A DNA stretch of 64,000 nucleotides. It comes from Macrostomum hystrix (Eukaryota > Animalia > Platyhelminthes). The stretch is from positions 124,001 through 188,000 of the forward strand of contig CATNEN010000005.1 in assembly GCA_950097015.1 (NCBI GenBank), written 5' to 3'. The notes beneath the pieces are model-generated. The model worked only from the letters and a program-made list of their open reading frames with translations. It did no database searches and was not told the origin of the DNA. This document shows, in pieces, positions 61,111-64,000 of this stretch; positions within the stretch are counted from its first letter, which is position 1, and each line of letters opens with the position of its first letter. A program made the translations under genes and the position numbers.

Positions 61111-63320
61111 TTAAATCTGACCCATCTGCGTCTGAGTGAGGTAGCCCTCCGCAGCGGTAAACACCGAGTCCATCCACACACGCAACACCTCCGGTGATGG
61201 CGCAATCAATCTGTAGGTGCGATCGGTTGTGCTCACACTGAAACCGACTCGCTTGCCGCCGCCGCTGCCTCCGCCGCCAACACTGGAGCCGCTGACGCCA
61301 CCAGCGCCGCCGGTGCCGCCGCCACTGCCGCCACCGCGACGATCGATGTAAGCGTCGAGAATGTCGCAGAAGCTTATGCAGCCCTACAAGACGCGCGTAA
61401 TTTAAATAATGAATTAGACTAATCTTTTAACTTTAAATTTTTAGCGGTTGTGATTACAATCCATCAGTTTTTTAACAAAACGGAAATCAAGAGCATTCTA
61501 AATGTTTCAAGGAGTTTGGATTTACGAGCGTTAAAAAAAGATATTTTATGTTTTCCAGAGTTTTTACGAAATCATAATTTTGTACCGATTTTGATTTATA
61601 ACGATTTAATTCAAGCTCCTTCATACGTTAGCGACTTAGAATTTTACTGAATTAACAAAACTAGGATTGTAGCGGTTCGAAAAAGTGCTTGGCCCTCATC
61701 TTATAATTATCACACAATCCTATTTATTTTATTGTGTGCACTTTCTTATTCTAGCCCCCCTGTTGATGTCTGCCCGCCCATTCCACGCAATGTATTATCG
61801 ATTTTTCCGATACTGGCCCTGTACATTCTCTCTCCCCTGTATATATCGATCGCTGTCATGTGTCCACTGCATTTCCCACAAAAGTTTCCGCACCCTTATT
61901 TTCTATCCGTTTTATCTACCTCTGTTTTCTGGCCCAGCCTATCACATTGTTCTTATTTTGGAGTTCCCTGTCTGGGCGTACCTGCTCCCCAGAAATTGGC
62001 AGGACCGGACACGCTCACAAAAATTCTACGTCAGCTGATACACAGACGTAACCCGTAACACACATGGGAGTTCTGAAGTAATGAGAAAAAACGCTATAAC
62101 CAATCTATCCCTTATCAAATGTTTTGCATTTTTTTAAGAAACGTTGGTTTGTACTTTGGCAGATAATTTCGACTCACTTTGATTTTCGCCTCGGATCTAT
62201 CCGAGAAGTAGGCAAAAGTCTTTCTGAATCTATCTAGGACGAACCAGCGCTTCTTCCAGGACTTGAATTTGCCGCCTTGCTTGGTGAGGTAGCCGCGACA
62301 GCCGCAGGGCGTCACCTCAACCTGGCGATGGAGAACATCCAGTGGATGGCCGAGACTCAGCAGGTGTTCTCGTAGATCGAAGTCAGGATCTCCAGTCGGC
62401 AGGTAGCGAGTGAGCGGTCGATTCTAAAATGTTTATCGAAAATTCTAAAATCAATCGAAGAATAAAGCAGTAAACTAAAGTGTAACTGTTCTAAGTGTCA
62501 TTTATAAATTAATGACGATAGAATCGTGGAAAATTAGCGTATTGTTAAATGTTTATGTAAATCGACAAAGCATGGAGAATAATTGAGAGATAAGTGCAGC
62601 AACGATCTACTAGACATGAGTGTAGGCGTGCGTCGACATCATTGACTAACTATTTCACTGTTCTTACTGCGAGTCTATACACACACTGTCATGGAGCCCC
62701 CGTATAGGATGAGAGGTTTTTGCCATAGACATATCCCGATATCGCCACTCGTGGCTAAGACGTACTACACACGTGCACTATTCTATGGCCTAAACCATAG
62801 AACCAGACTACACCAAATTCACCGATTAGTATACATCGATCAAGTTGCATGCTCACCTTTTTGACATCCTTATTGTCAATGGCCGTTAGTGAGGGAACAG
62901 TGCTTCCACTGCTGCTGTCGCTGTTGATACGCTGAAAAATTGTAATCAATCAATTTTCTGCTTTAATCTTGAAGTGATTCTTTGCTGAAATAAGAAGGCC
63001 AACTGGGTTTTGTAGTACCTGGTATCGCTTCACAACATCATTGCTATTAGTAGCACTGTCTTCTTGAGGTTGGGCCATTGCCAGCTGCTGTTGCTGTTGT
63101 TGTTGTTGCTGCTGTTGTTGCTTTTCAAGTGCTTCTTCTTGAGTTTGCAGATCAATTTTTAATTGCAACAACTGCTCCAACTCCTGTTGCTTTTTATTTT
63201 CAGCTTGCAATGACGGCCTTACAGATGGAGGTACAGACTTGTTGTTGAAACTCTTTTGCTGCTGCTGCTGCTGCTGCTTTTGCTGCGACTCGCTCTTAAA
63301 GAGGCCTGATGTTGTACCGC
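61111..63320 (-). CDS. PHLDB: PHLDB/LL5 family protein (coiled coil plus C-terminal PH domain), 3' exons only; 5' part lies beyond the window
   Basis: Exons 63320-63019, 62931-62857, 62423-62178, 61383-61111. RPLTRYLP...FDLREHL...GH, CRGYLTKQGGKFKSWKKRWFVLDR..TFAYF, FSVSTTDRTYRLIAPSPEVLRVWMDSVFTAAEGY match the PHLDB1/2 C-terminus as I recall it. Confidence 0.88.
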
Positions 63321-63859
63321 CTGTGTTTTTTTATTCAAAAAGAGGACAACATTTTCATTGACTTTTCTTATACGCTTGTCTTTTGCTTGTGCTTTTCCAT
63401 TGTACATAAGGGTAACAAGGTTTTAAGTACGAAGATAAGATAAGCACAGTACAGCACCAGATACAAGTGACAGACCTTGCCTGGCATGCGTGCATAACGC
63501 GAACATTTATATAGTGTATACGCTTATAAGATCTAGCCAGACCACACAGCTAAGAGTTATTGTTTGGGATGAAACTGGGGCATTATAAGACAGAACAGAT
63601 TCAGCGTTTCGGTTATAGTGCGATCGTCAGAAAATGATGCCGTCCATTATATACACATCTGTATTGTATATGCTAATGCATGCGTGCCTGTCTCGGGTGT
63701 CATGTGCGTGCACCGTCTCTCAGTCTTTTTGCCTCTTAATAGATTTTTATTAAATAACTGTTTGACTATGTACGATCAACTGCACACAAACACGAACAGA
63801 TGCATCTAATATGGCTACAATGTGTACAATATTTATATACTGGAAATGTATATAGACCC

Positions 63860-64000
63860 GTATCCCATCTCTCCCGTGTCTCATCTTCTCCCGTGTCTCA
63901 TCTTCTCCCGTGTCTCATCTCTCCCGTGTCTCATCTCTCCCGTGTCTCATCTCCCCCGTGTCTCATCTCTCCCTTGTCCCATCTCTCCCGTGTCTCATCT
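63860..64000. repeat. 16-17-bp minisatellite (CTCCCGTGTCTCATCT)n in a PHLDB intron
   Basis: Reverse complement AGATGAGACACGGGAG is identical to units in SEC24 intron 1; runs off the right edge. Confidence 0.92.

Overview
This is animal genomic DNA: AT-rich, spliceosomal GT-AG introns, CAG/polyQ-rich exons and about 20 minisatellite arrays. The style recalls a free-living flatworm such as Macrostomum, but that is inference only. Six spliced genes could be rebuilt by hand with consistent exon phases: Neverland/DAF-36 Rieske cholesterol 7-desaturase (-), INPP5E (-), SEC24A/B-type (+), CIMIP1/C20orf85 (-) head-to-head with TBCEL (+), and peroxisomal ACOX1 (+). The 3' exons of a PHLDB/LL5 gene (-) run off the right edge. 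Intronless genes are a highly modified alpha-tubulin nested antisense in nvd intron 2, a TAK1-like kinase broken by two 1-nt frameshifts, and two paralogous secreted 10-cysteine peptides plus a probable decayed third copy. Mobile DNA comprises a Helitron deletion derivative, an hAT-type MITE with an 8-bp TSD, and several tRNA-derived SINE copies. The best candidates for novelty are the secreted Cys-rich peptide cluster (55.0-58.5 kb), the alpha-tubulin with an expanded luminal loop and a basic tail, the frameshifted kinase with an unrecognised C-terminal domain, and the pattern of a different private minisatellite in most long introns. All family assignments come from motif recognition; no database search was run.
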